This document shows positions 38,701-51,149 of a DNA stretch of 64,000 bases, in pieces; positions within the stretch are counted from its first letter, which is position 1; every line of letters starts with the position of its first letter. The DNA is taken from positions 14,260,001 to 14,324,000 of the forward strand of contig CP158635.1 of the NCBI GenBank assembly GCA_050273025.1. Reading direction: 5' to 3'. This DNA is from Cenococcum geophilum (taxonomy: Eukaryota). The notes under the pieces were generated by a model that made no database searches, was not told where the DNA came from, and was given only the letters and a program-made list of their open reading frames with translations. Position numbers and translations under genes: made by a program.

Positions 38701-40732
38701 ATCTTAGTTATCTCTTATCTCGCTATAAGAATCTTAAGCCTTTAGCCTTTTACCTTTATTAAGTGCCGAAGTAGTTTACTGTCCTACTTCTCTTACGTCT
38801 TATAAAGCGATAGATATCGTGTCTAGTGGGGTCTTAATCCCTACTAATGTTCCCTATTCTATAGTGGAATTATCCTCTACCTCTGGTGTAATATCTCTAA
38901 TGGCTGCGTGTTCCTAGTAAACCGCTCTTATTGCCTTATCGTTATAAAATGCTTCGCCTATATTAAAATTATTGTCCTTAATATCTAATCTGCGAGCTAG
39001 TTCGTTAGTTCCTCTATATTCTATAGGTGCTGGCTCCTATAGCTAATAGCTTACGCCATACTTAGCGTCTTTATGAATTTGGTATACGTTATTGTAATAA
39101 AACGCAAAACTTTTAATTAAACATTCTTTAGTTCCTCGTAGTATATTATTGTCCCTCTATACGTGTATATCGTCTGCTGGTCTTATGCCTTTTACTACAT
39201 AGTAACTTTGCCTACTTTTATAGTCTCTAACGTAATAACCCTATTTTCTGCAATTTATGTAAGCTCCTTCTTTAAACCATTTTTCCTATTGTGGAGTCCG
39301 CCTGAATATCTTCTACTACTAAGATCCCTAATTTGGCCTTTGCTCCTTGGACCTTTAATTACTTAATCCTTATCCTCTAGGTTTCTATAGTTTGCTCTAT
39401 CTCTTATAGGCTTCTTTAGTACCACTTAGGTCTATTAGCTCTGCGCTATACCATAGTTTCTAACTTAGCTTTAGTCGTTGCGTACTCTGCGCCTTATATA
39501 ACTATGGAACTCTATCCTAGCCTCTCTTAGCCTGTTCCCTTTAGTAGATCTAATTGTTAATCTTAATCGCCTAATCTATTAGATCCCTTAGGGTGTCCGT
39601 ATCTTCTATTAGGATAATTGCGTCCTAGACTTTAGCCTTAAGTCCCTATTTATACTGTGCTATAAGCGCCCTATTATTCCACTCTACTTATATTGCTAAT
39701 GTCTGGAACTGCGTTGTATACTTAATTGCTAAGGTTCGTTGCGTAATGTCTTAGAGTTTTCTTTCCGCCGTGGTTACTGCCTTTAGGTCTCTAAACATTT
39801 ACGTAAGTTGTTCTACGAATCTATTCTAGCTTAAGAATATAAACCGTACCTCTTAGTTAGTAGTTGTTATGCCGTTCGCTTGTATCTCTATAAGGTAAGG
39901 CTTAAACTATTTAAGTGCTCTTTCTGTTAAGAATAGTCCTGCATAGGCTATTTAATCTATAGGTGTTGCCAGCTTCGCTCCTTCCTGTGCTACCTTAAAG
40001 TGCATTTATATAAGGAATCCTTTAAGCTTTAATCTCTCTCTTAAGTATCTTTTAATTAATGGTAACTTAACCTTTACTGCGCCTATCCCGTTAATCCTAT
40101 TTTTTAACGCCGTATTATTTTCTGTTAACTAGTTAACTATCTCTTATAGTTATCCAACCGTTATAGGTTGCTATAAGTTAGTGTCTACTATACTGGTGTC
40201 GTTACCTAACCTTAAAGTAGTTGCTGCCGTTAATGGCGTTGTAGTGGCTGCTTTTGGTAGCACGTTACTTAACTTCTTATATTAATACTATAACTAGGTA
40301 GTAATTGTGTAACGGAACCTTATAGTAGGAACTATAATGGGCTTGTTAATAGGCTAGGTGTATAGGAAATGCAAGTACAAAAGTTAACAATAAATAATAA
40401 CTGGTGGAGTGGTTGCCTAATAGATTAACTCTAATTGTATTCTGAGAATCACTATAAGGAAGGAACTATCTAGGTAGGGACTAAGGGTCCTTAAATACAC
40501 AACCGTACTCCTATGAAATCCTTCTTGTACGTAATATACGTGTGCTCTGTCTACTCTGTTATAGATTATACAGATTATACAGATTATATAGATCACCCTA
40601 CATGACCTTGGCTATTATTCCTCGTTATATAGTTCTATTGGTTCCGTCCTGGACCGTACCTAAATTAACTAACTAGCTTCTTCCGACTCTTCTCCTAGTA
40701 GTCGTAATATCGTACTTAAAGCGTCCGTAATA
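32767..40732 (-). mobile_element. Full-length RIP-inactivated Ty3/gypsy chromovirus inserted into the Ngaro YR gene
   Basis: 425-bp LTRs 32767-33191 and 40308-40732; TSD ATAGT; PPT next to the left LTR. Gag CCHC knuckle (~39215-39265), RT AYL(N)D at 36221-36232, integrase, and chromodomain (de-RIPed YEVKWTGYDETTWEPLENL, ~33965-34090). Confidence 0.95.
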
Positions 40733-43700
40733 ATAGTGCTAAAGTCCTTAGCTTTTTTATTTGGGTATATAATCTCTTTTATATATAGGAAACCCGCAAA
40801 CGCTATTATAAATGCTGTATTTATGTTTATATCCGCCTTATAGGGTTTAAAGGTAATAATCTTATCTAAAATGTCCTTTATAATTGGTAGTTTAGTTTTT
40901 TTTAGTAGATAGGAATAGTAATATAGCCCCCGCTAGGGCCCTTTTAATAGTATAGTTTTTAAAGGCGGTAATTAAGTGACCTAGGTCTATATAACGAGAT
41001 TAGATTATAGAGATATAGTTAAAGAGGGTTTTTAGCTTAATCCTGCTTATTAGAGGGGCGGCTATACCGAACACTTATTAGGTAATCTACTCCCCTAAGT
41101 TTATTCTCTTAGCTAAATATAGTAATAAACCATTTAGGGCTGAGAAGGCCTCCTAGCTCTTAATAGCGGAGGAGTAGCTTTTTCTTATATTGGCTGCTAA
41201 GCTATGCTATATAAGTAGTAAAAAGTAATAAGATCTACCGATCTCACTCTAGAAGGTTAGGGGGGGTTAATTAAATAACTCTAGGTTAACTGTAAGAGTT
41301 AGTAGCCACCTAGAGGAGAGGTATTATTTTTTTAGTAAAAAGCCTTTATTTATCTAGTAAGAAGCCGTTATTTATCTAATAAGAAGCCGTTATTTATCTA
41401 GTAAAAAGCCGTTATTTATTTGCTACTTAGGGTATAGTAATAATAATTTCTTACGGTTAAATCGTAAGAGAGTATTAGTAAGCCTATTATTAGCGCTAGA
41501 GACCTATATAGTTATTATAGTAATATTATTTGTTGTTAAGGATATAAGTATCTTTTAGAGTAATTGGTTTTTAGAACCTTTTATAATATTATTTTAGATA
41601 CTATTATAAGCAACTATATTATCTATATAAATATAAAGAGACCTATGTCGCTAGACTGATAACTACTTTTTAAATGCCTTTGTAATAGTATGTATCTCTT
41701 TTAGGTTAATATAGTTATCTACCTAGTTTAGTGGGGGATAATAGCTAAAGGCCTAGGCCTGGGGTAGGGAAGCCGCGTAATTAGGCTAGCGGCCGTTCTC
41801 TCCGCTAAAGTAAAAGCCTCTATAGCCTTTAAGTGATAAGGCGTTAGTAAATAAGTAAAACTACAGCCTTTCCTTATTATTAAAAAATAGTATACTGTTA
41901 CTTAATATAAGAACCTTAAGCTAGAGGTTAAGGTCTTCTTTTAGCTCTAGGGGGAGGCGCTAGGGTATATATCTTAATAACCTAGTAGGCTATTTTGTTA
42001 TAAAGTCCTATAAGGAGTAAGAGTACAAGCGCCTAAGGCGGATAACTCTTATACATTATGCTAGGCGGCCTGCTAGTTATTAGGCTTACTGTAATAATAG
42101 CTAGCCCTTTTAGAGGGCTTTAGTTACCTAATTAATAGCTTTCTATTACTTAGCTAGTGAGAGTTTTATCTCTATTGCTATAGTGTTAATAGTATAACCT
42201 AATACTTTAGCCTCCGTATCCTTAATATTCTTAGTATTATTTTAGGGTACCCCTAGCTAGTTAGTAACTAAGAGGTATACCTCCCTTAGTAACGGTAGTA
42301 TAGTTAAACACTTAACCACGAATATAAAATTATTAAGGTAGTACTTAATAGCGGAATTAATCTATTATGCTAGGATTTAATAGAGACCTTTAGCGAATAA
42401 GTTAAAAAGAAATAGGGCTATTTATAAGCTAAATAGTAGACAGTATTTAATATATATAACTCCCTTCTAGATAAAGCTAAGTAGGTAACGCGATCGCATT
42501 AAAACAGGCACTATCCGGAAGGCATCTTTAATATCTTATTTAACTAGGTAGCAGCCTCTACTAGCTATAATTATATATACTAGTATAGTCTCTATTTAGG
42601 TATAGTGTAGTACTACCTAGGCTAGGTTAATAGAGTTATTAACTAAGAAGCCCTTAGGTAAAGAGAGGTTATAAATATAGTAAAAGCCGCTATCTGCCTT
42701 AGGTATTAGGCCTAGGGGTAAGGTAACTATAGAGTTAGTGGCCTGTATATAGCTTAGGGCTAGGTTAATAATAATCTTTTTTAAGATAAGGTCTTCGTTA
42801 TCATATAAGGAGAGGTAGTTTTTATAGATATTAGGTAGTATAGGTAATAAGGGACCTATCTCCGCCCTATAGGTAAGGATGCCTTATAAAATTACTAGGA
42901 GATTTCTAGGGTACCTATAAAGGAGCGTGCTCTAAGTAAGAGGTCTTAGAGGTAATAGTAAGTTAGCTAATAAAGTCGTTTATAAGTAAGTTTTAAAAAG
43001 GGGTACTAAATTAGGCCTACCTTGGAGCCTTAGCGTCTATAGTAGGTCTATCTAAATAATTAAACCTAGGAAGATGTTTTTATCTACTATTAAATCCTAG
43101 GTCTAACTACTTACGGCGGTAAGCTACCTAGGGTATAACTTTAATGGGTGGTTTTTGTTGCATTTAGAGTATATATAATAGTAATAATATGGATCTTCTT
43201 TATAAGCTTATTGGTTATTCTAGCTATAATAGGGCTTACTAGAGGGGAGGGAGGGGGAGGTATTCTTTCGCGATCTTTTTAATACTATACTACGGACTTT
43301 AAGTCCCTAGCTTTATGCCTTTATATTAGCTGCCCGGTAGTATAGGGCCTTAAACTAGGTAGGCATATCCTAGTTACTAGGCTTAAGCTAATTATAATCT
43401 ATAATATACCTATAGTAGTTAAGCGTAAGGTCTAGGATGGAGGTCTAGTTATAGGTTACGGAGTAGTTGCGGATCTTATTTATCTAGAGCAATATTCTTA
43501 TATAGAGGTTAGCTAGGTATATATAAAGAGTGCTTATAATCACTATATAGTTCGTAAATCCAGTAAACTAGACCTCTTTATTCTTATAGACCTTATAGCT
43601 AGTAGTAGGTCTCTTTAAAATAAGCTTTCCGTTTTTAATAGTAGCTATATTAGAAAGGTTTAGGCGGCTAGAGTGTACCTATAAATATACTAGGTTCTCT

Positions 43701-44619
43701 AGGCGGAAGGATCCTTTTTATATATTATAGAGGTCTCTTCTAGCTAGGCTAGGGAGGTTAAGCTTAAGCGTGCCTAAGCCTTTTAGTAGGTTATAGGACT
43801 TACCTAGTTTATCTACCTTAGTAGTAGAGGTGTGCTCTAGTAGAGTAGGCTGCTTTAAAGTGGCTAGCCTTACCTAGTGTAACTCCTCTTCCTATTCTAT
43901 TTTTTAGATCCGTGCCTATTCCTCCTACTCTCTCTTTTAGATCTTTAGGTTATAGAGTTATTAAGCCCTCTTGTCTTATTTCCTAGCTCTTTCTTCTAAA
44001 AATAAAACTATAGTATATTTAGTAGATAGAATAGTAGTAGATGAGGAGGTAGATAATAGGGCGGTTAAGCGAGGAGTTTTCAACCGGGTGCTATTGGCTG
44101 GAAAGTCGGTTATAGGCCTTAATAAATTATTGCTATTAGGAATACTAATCGCAAGCAATCTATAATAAAAAGAACGACCTATTAAGTGCAGTTGCAAGCA
44201 ATGATGTTGTTGACCGTGTTGAACATCTAGTTGAATACCTGAGTTGTAGGGTTTTCGGCCAAGCAATGTATAGACATGTGACATTTTAATATGGAGCTTA
44301 AGACTCCACATTTATAAAGCCTCCATATTGCATCCCTTTGTGTAGCAACCGTTTCTTATAATATTTGTATATATACGCCTCCCAAGCCAATCTAAAGGCT
44401 CTATACTGTATATAGCTTAGTGTTAAAGCCTTAGTCAGTGCAACTGCTCGGCGGTAGGGGTATAGGCGCTACCTCCGAATTTCGGAATCTTGAATATTGC
44501 GGTAAGTAGCAGCGACGTGGTTAGAAAGCCTGTATAGAATAGTAGTATAGTTAATTAAAGAGCCTTAATATTATTGTTGCCTATTTAATTCTCAAAGTCT
44601 CAGCGAAATATTATCCTTA

Positions 44620-46903
44620 TGCCTAGAAAACGTTATATGTCTTTAGCTCTAAAGCCTCTAAAGGCTTAAAAAGCTTTAAAAGCTCTAAGACCTCTAAAAG
44701 CACCTTAAGCATAGGAGTCTTATTTATAATCTTTTTAGGCAACGCAGTATACACATAATAGCTTAGCGGTAGTAGCTGTACAGCCTCTAGAGGCTTTAGC
44801 GGCGGTAATACTAAGTAAGGATATTTAGGAAGAGGTTCGGCCGACTAGCTAGAAAGAGGATATTAAGGAAGACGAATTAGAGGCTGTTTTTAAGGCCCGT
44901 AGTAAGACCGCTGAGGATAAGATAGATAAGGTAGATGAGACTAAATTACTAAAACTATTAGCTGAAGAAGTTTTAAGAATAGGCTTCCCTGCCGTACCTA
45001 CTACCTAGGAGCCTATAGCTACTATTCCTAAACTGGATCTTAAAGTCATTAACCTTCTAAAGGAGTTAATATTTGCCGCTTGGCGTACTAGTAAGCCTAT
45101 TTATAGCTCTAGTACGGGCGCCTAATCTAATAAATCTTCTGCTTAAGATAAGGATAATAAGCGCTCTACTTACTATATGGTAGCAGATTAGGTTAATATA
45201 GTATCCAGTAGGTATAGATCTGGGTAGGACCTACTAATTTAAGTATTTCTACTGTTCTTTAGTGTCAGCGTATTTAAGAAGCTTATAATTAGCACAAACC
45301 TCTATACAGCCTCTTAAAACGCTAGCGGATATCACTAATTAGGACGGCACGCTGGTAAACAATTACGGGTATAGAAGGAGACCTCTACGGGCAAGTTAAT
45401 AATTTAGATAGAATTTATTATCTATATAGGCGTCTTTAAAGTTCCTTAAGTGCGAGACCTTTAGGCTATAGATCCTGAATATCCTAGACACTTAATTAGC
45501 TTATTTATAGGCTAAAAAAGATAGGAGCAACTTAAGCGCTTCTTTTATATATCACCGCCTCCACTAGAAGGCGTTAAGCGTTATATATTTAAGAAGATTA
45601 AGCTATTAACAACATCTTTAGGCGAGGCGTTTAGAAAGTACGTTATACCTAGATCTATAGTTAGCTTTAATAAGATAATAGTAAGGTTTACTAGACGATT
45701 TACGGCTATAATTAAATTACCTAGTAAGCTAATACCTAAAGGCTATAAGATAATAAGTCTTTGTCAATATGGATATTACTATAGCTTTATATTCACATCA
45801 CCTAGTTGCTTTTTTAGGCTTCCTTCTTAAACGGATTACTAAGATATTGTCCTCTTAAAGACCTCTAAATGCGTCCTCTACCTTACCTAGCAGCTTCCTC
45901 TCTAGACCTATTAATTCTGCCTATTTTTAGACAACTACTTTACTAATATTCCGTTGCTTTAGGTGCTTTAACGGCTTAGGGTTACTACAGCTAGGATAGC
46001 TTAATTAAACTTAAAGGACTATCTAAAGGTGTATAAAAGGGCTAATAAAAGAAAGGCAAGACTACCGTTTAACTTCATTACAGAAATAGTTATTAGCGCA
46101 GTTAATTTGGTGCTTTTAATTATATAGCAGAATAAGAATTTAGTACGGTTTTTAATGACGGCTTACTTATATAGCAGTAAGGATGTTAATAAAGTTAACT
46201 AACGTCGGCCGTAAGCATATAATTCCTTCCTTAAAAAGCTGGTAGCTAACGTTTAGGGTAATAATCTAATTAAGAAGTTAACGCTTCCTAGGCTCTCTAT
46301 CGACTATAATAACTAAATAGGCGGCGTTAATATCTATAATTAACTTTAAAGCTACTACACTACCCAGATCACTACTGTATGTACCTAGATACCCTTATTC
46401 TTTTAGGCGCTTAATGCGGCTGTAATTAACGCCTATATTATTAGCAAGAATATCTTCCGGACATTAAGCAAGCCATTTCTTTATACCCACCGCCGCTTCT
46501 ATATACAATTAGTATGGAACCTTATTATTATAGGTAGTTGGAAGATAGGGTTAACTAAATAAGATACTAAGCGTCGTCTTTATCTAGTCCTATAAAAGCC
46601 TGGGTAATATTAACCTAGTACTGGGCCTGGTTATTAAAATATCGGAACAAATTAAAGAAGTACCTACGTTACTACCAAAACCCCACTACCTGCGATTCGA
46701 CAGTGTACGCGAACTCACCGCTCTATTAAAGGTTTTACAAAGAAGCAAGGCTATAAGGGCTCACCGAGATGCTGGATATGTAGATGGAAGGAGGCTAGGA
46801 AGCTTGTGACATAAATACGGCGAACAGTATACGAATGCGAGGTTTGTAGGCTTCCTCTATGCCTTTGGTGCTTTAATAGCTTTTATTCAGCAGGCGACGA
46901 CTA
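44620..46903 (+). mobile_element. RIP-degraded piggyBac-family transposase (element ends unresolved, ~44.4-47.2 kb)
   Basis: De-RIPed motifs FHISP, SFDEMMVRFTGR, PSKPIPEGYKI, LDNYFT, DYNNQMGGVD..DQ and a C-terminal Cys-rich CWICRW...ECEVCRLPLCLWCF. Confidence 0.88.
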
Positions 46904-47958
46904 GGTGACTATTTTTAATCCTCTACTTCCTTACACCTCCAATATTGAGACCCTAAAGCTAATTAAGCCCTCCTCTACTGCCTTTAATTGATCCTCTATA
47001 CTAAATAATCGCTAATTAAACCGTTTAACCACCTATAGCACCTTACGCATCTTATTTAACGTATATAATACGTCCTCTATTATAACCTTAAGCTAATCCT
47101 CCACTAGTTTATTCTTATTAATATTAGGAACGCGTATAAAGCGTATAAGTGGTAGAAGTTTAGGGGAAGACTCTAATGGAGGATTTTCCTATATAATCAG
47201 CAGCTGGTTAATAAAAGAATGGCAAGAACGTACGACTGTGACGTTATGCATCATAACTTTTTACTTAACTTCCTCAAATAAAATCTGTGGTCGGTGTTTT
47301 TGGGGTTGCCTTTTGCAGTATTTCGTTGGCATTATGATGTTGAGGTATTTTGGTGGGGCTTGCTAATAAAATTGCGCTAGCTGGGGTGCCTGCAGCATGC
47401 TAACCCAAGCAAAAGCGCCAAAAGCGCCCAATACGAAAAGTGACTTTTGCCACACGAAGGGATACGGCCGTGCCACAAACGCGTGCCAAATTAGGAAGGA
47501 ACGCGCTCTTTCTGCCGTATCAGATTCAATCTGACGGTTTTGCAACCGAACAGTCCCTTTCTGTGCGCTTCAGATGCAATCTTTCAAAGGAGAAATTTAG
47601 TACAAGAACGGAAATAAATGTCTGCCTTCACTTGCAGTGTTTCTCCCTGGAATACCTTAGAGTGTATGTGAGCGTCGTAATTGTGTTTGTCTCGCTGTTG
47701 ATATTTGAATAAATCGAATAACTCGATTGGTACGATTATGACGCTCCTGGCTGGGTCTCGAAAGGTTTTGGCGGGGAAGAAAGTACCTACAACAACCGAA
47801 GCCGAGCTTGACCGCGATTCATCATCTTGAACCGAACTTCCGCACTCAATTTGTCCCGCCTTACCTTTGTCCGCTTTACTGAATTAATTTCAATTACCTT
47901 CCGAGTATATTCACTTTCGCCTTCTCCAGCTTACAGAAGTCCAAAATCACATTTCATT

Positions 47959-48869
47959 ATGTCGGGTCTGAGGATACTAGTCCCCGTCAAGCGAGTCATC
48001 GACTATGCTGTATGGTTTTTGATTCCCTTCGTTATACTCTGTTCTGCTCCTCAATGCCGTGAAAGCGGATGAGTTGTTCTGTTTTGGATTATGATTCAGC
48101 CTCTCAACATCCGGCACCATGCTTTAGGCTAACAATCTGCGCTTCATTACAGGTGAAACCTCGAATCAACCGCACTAACACCGCCGTTGAGACCGCAGGA
48201 GTAAAACACAGCATGAATCCCTTTGACGAGCTTTCCATCGAAGAAGCCGTCCGACTACGCGAGCGCAAAGTCCCCGTGGAAGAAATCGTGGCCTTCAGCG
48301 CCGGCCCGCCGAAAGCGCAAGACGTCTTGCGTACGGCTATGGCCATGGGCGCAGACCGGGCCATTCACGTCACTGTGGAGGAGAGTAGGGGGGATCTCGA
48401 GCCGCTGGGCGTAGCGAAGTTGCTGAAGCAGGTCGTACAGCAGGAGAAATGCAATTTGGTCATACTGGGCAAGCAGTCGATTGACGATGATGCAAACCAG
48501 ACAGGACAGATGCTCGCAGGGCTCCTGAATTGGCCGCAGGCCACACAGGCCTCGAAAGTCACAGTTGAAAACGAGGATGTTACGGTCATCAGGGAAGTAG
48601 ATGGCGGTGTGGAGACACTGAAGGCGAAGCTGCCGATGATCATTACGACGGATTTGAGGTTAAATGAACCGCGCTACGCAAGTTTGCCAAACATTATGAA
48701 AGCAAAGAAGAAGCCGTTAGTGAAGAAGACTTTGGCAGATTTTGAGGCAGACCTAACGCCAAGGTTAAAGACAGTGAAAGTGCAAGAGCCTCCACCTAGG
48801 AAGGGCGGGGTGATAGTGGAGGATGTGGATGGCATGATTGGAAAGCTGAAGGAGCTGGGAGCTCTATGA
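47959..48869 (+). CDS. ETFB: Electron transfer flavoprotein beta subunit
   Basis: Exons 47959-48009 (MSGLRILVPVKRVIDYA) and 48153-48869 (SMNPFDELSIEEA, AMAMGADRAIH, LGKQSIDDDANQTGQMLA, DLRLNEPRYASLPNIMKAKKKP). Confidence 0.97.
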
Positions 48870-49171
48870 AGGGTATAATGGGGTTATGGCTGTATATATA
48901 TATTGTTTCAGATGGCATAAAGATGTATCAGCCACTACGTTAGTGGTTCCAGAAAGAGTTCAAACATCTTGAGTTATTCCTGTATATAATTTTACCAAAA
49001 ACTCTAGACGTTTATATATTTCGTCTATGGGAAGTCGTGCGTAGAGGTGTAAAAGTCGCATAAAACAAAAGTGGTGAGATTATGGATCACAAGGAAAAGC
49101 GCGACTCGCGATTTTCTAGAACTCTATCTGCCACACCTTACTGACAGCTATCCCGTCCTACATCAACGCCA

Positions 49172-50283
49172 ATGGCCTCAAATTACACCTGTAGAGCCTG
49201 TTTAGGCGCGGTCGCCAAAAGATCAAGGATTGCCCGTCCGGTATAATATACACTACGCTCCTTGAAGAATTGCAGCTAAATTTTACCAGACCGAAAAACT
49301 CTCACATAAATCTTCCATTTACGTCTCCACATATTCTTTGCGCAACTTTACATCGGCTTCACAGCACCCTAGTCGCCTTGGTCTTCGAACCGGCTCCGTC
49401 TCCGCTCCTGGCGCTACCGCGCACTCCGACCCAGTGGTCAAGAATACCTCCCATTGTTCTCGAGGATCTGAGTCTCTATCATCAGGAAGAAGCCCACTGC
49501 CCGCATCAACAACTGCTCGACTCGCACAAGAGCTAAGAAAGAGAGCCTCAGGTACGACTGAAACATACGTCGCGTATGGCGCAACAGAGCACCTATTTAA
49601 AGAATGTTCGCGGCATGCCAACTACACTATTCCGCAAGCACTAGAGAAAGGAGGAATAGCGCCCAAAAATGAAGCAGGAGAAGACGTAGGCGAAGGGAGC
49701 GGATGGTGGTATGAAGGTAAATTCTAAGTATCTTTCATTTCTTCATATCTAGCAATCTTTAGATGATTTTCTAACATGCTGTCGTGGCACAGGCATTGCT
49801 CTCACCCCAACCTTCAACACCTGGGCACAAATCACCTTCATATATATGTACATGTTTACCGTGCGCTTCCGCCTCTTCCCCGCCGCGCATGCCCCATCCT
49901 GGCATCAGCACCTGCTCGACCATTTCTTCCACGATGCCGAAGACCGCATGGCGATGTACCACGGTATGGTGGCGCGCGGTGTGCGGAACAAATACCTCAA
50001 AGACCTTTATATACAGTGGCGAGGTGTGCTTGCAGCCTACGATGAAGGGCTAGTAAAAGGGGATGCGGTACTAGCAACTGCTGTGTGGCGGAATGTATTT
50101 AAGGGTGCTGAGGGCGCAGATGTAAGGGTGCTGGCGGAGATAGTTGGCTTTATGAGGAAGGAGCTGAAAAGGTTGGAAGAGGCTAGTGATGGGGAAGTTG
50201 CTTCAGGTGACTGGAAGTTCCGAGGAGACCCTGGAAAAGAGAGGGCGGTTGTCATGCTCGAGAGTCAATGGATGAAAGAGTAG
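49172..50283 (+). CDS. CBP3: Ubiquinol-cytochrome c reductase assembly chaperone Cbp3
   Basis: Basic presequence-like N-terminus; TETYVAYGAT..LFKECSR, PTFNTWAQITF..MYM..VRFR.FP, QWRGVLAAYDEGLVKGDAVLATAVWRN. Two introns (~49241-49289, ~49717-49792). Confidence 0.92.
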
Positions 50284-51149
50284 TTGTAGAGGTACTCTAA
50301 GAGAATGGAGGCAAGAGAAGGATGGTGGGGATGAATGCATTTGGGCACGTCAATGGGAATAACGTTACTATTATGTTGTGCAATTACTGTATAATAAGGG
50401 TTTGGCATTACAGACATCTCTCCTAGAGCTTGGTTAGGTGTATTGTATGGTTGTGGGGGTCCTCATGGATGCTTTTAGAAGCCTGAACCCAAATTAGGAC
50501 AATACTACTGTAAAGTTCAAGGGAGAAGAAACTAGTTATCATCAATCACCTTTCCAATTTACTGGGATGATTGCCGTCCTTAAACTCATCATCGTAAAAT
50601 ACTTTTCATCCTCTATTAATGGACACCTAAATCACGGACACCTAAAGGTTGTCTGATAGACTATTAAAGCAGCTTCTATCAACTTCACCAACCCTCAAAA
50701 GGCTATGTGCAGAATATTTCGTAGATGTTGTCACTATGTCAAAATGAATTCAAAATATCAATACTGGGTAGTATGCAATCATACCTGTACGAAGCAACCT
50801 CTAAGAGCGCTTTGTGCACCTCTTAAAAGTACCCCCAACCCTATGATTAAGAGTGTATGTAAGGACGCGGGTAAATTTTCGGTATTTATTCAACTATTTA
50901 CCGTCTTATTCACTATCTAGAACACACTTCTTCCTATCTTCCTATATACTTTGCTACGTTGTCATGTATTGAAACAGGCTGCTTCTAGAAATATTTCGTT
51001 TTGAAATGGACAAAGGCAGCCATATACTTTGACTGGCAGCCACGCGGGTAACGAAAAAACTGCACTGTAAAGTATCCATCTTCCTTACAGCTTAATAATA
51101 TAACAACCATAAAAGATATAAAATAATAAAATAAACGTAACATGCGGAT

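Larger units (their letters stand above)
31206..44284 (-). mobile_element. Ngaro/PAT-type (DIRS order) tyrosine-recombinase retrotransposon with split direct repeats, RIP-inactivated
   Basis: A1 44166-44284, B1 31563-31722, A2 31447-31565, B2 31206-31365 (A1-ORFs-B1-A2-B2 on the minus strand). De-RIPed: gag zinc finger C..WN...C....C.Y.H.C..C...HP (~43140-43235); RT DIKDAFR, CLPFGL..APFLFNLFAEGLHWIL and HYLDDF (42329-42340); YR AFAGFLR.GE (~40770-40810), YSGHSFRRG and LGRW.SD.V.LY (~32360-32475). Confidence 0.92.
30994..47557. mobile_element. PIF/Harbinger-type MITE expanded to 16.5 kb by nested insertions
   Basis: Perfect inverted repeat (A)GGGACTGTTCGGTTG at 30993/30994 and 47557/47558, flanked by TTA and TTT. 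The TIR and an internal stretch resemble the 20347-21073 MITE. About 0.7 kb remains after the nested elements are subtracted. Confidence 0.75.

Noticed and set aside
44285..47270. piggyBac TIRs at TTAA sites (44298, 44423, 47208, 47265)
   Set aside because: No pair gave matching inverted termini, so the boundaries are left unresolved.
30994..47557. Starship giant element (tyrosine recombinase present)
   Set aside because: The YR is linked to gag/RT and split direct repeats (DIRS order). There is no DUF3435 captain at a boundary and no cargo genes.
50621..50646. GGACACCTAAA direct repeat as an excision footprint
   Set aside because: Too short, with no supporting evidence; may be a simple duplication.
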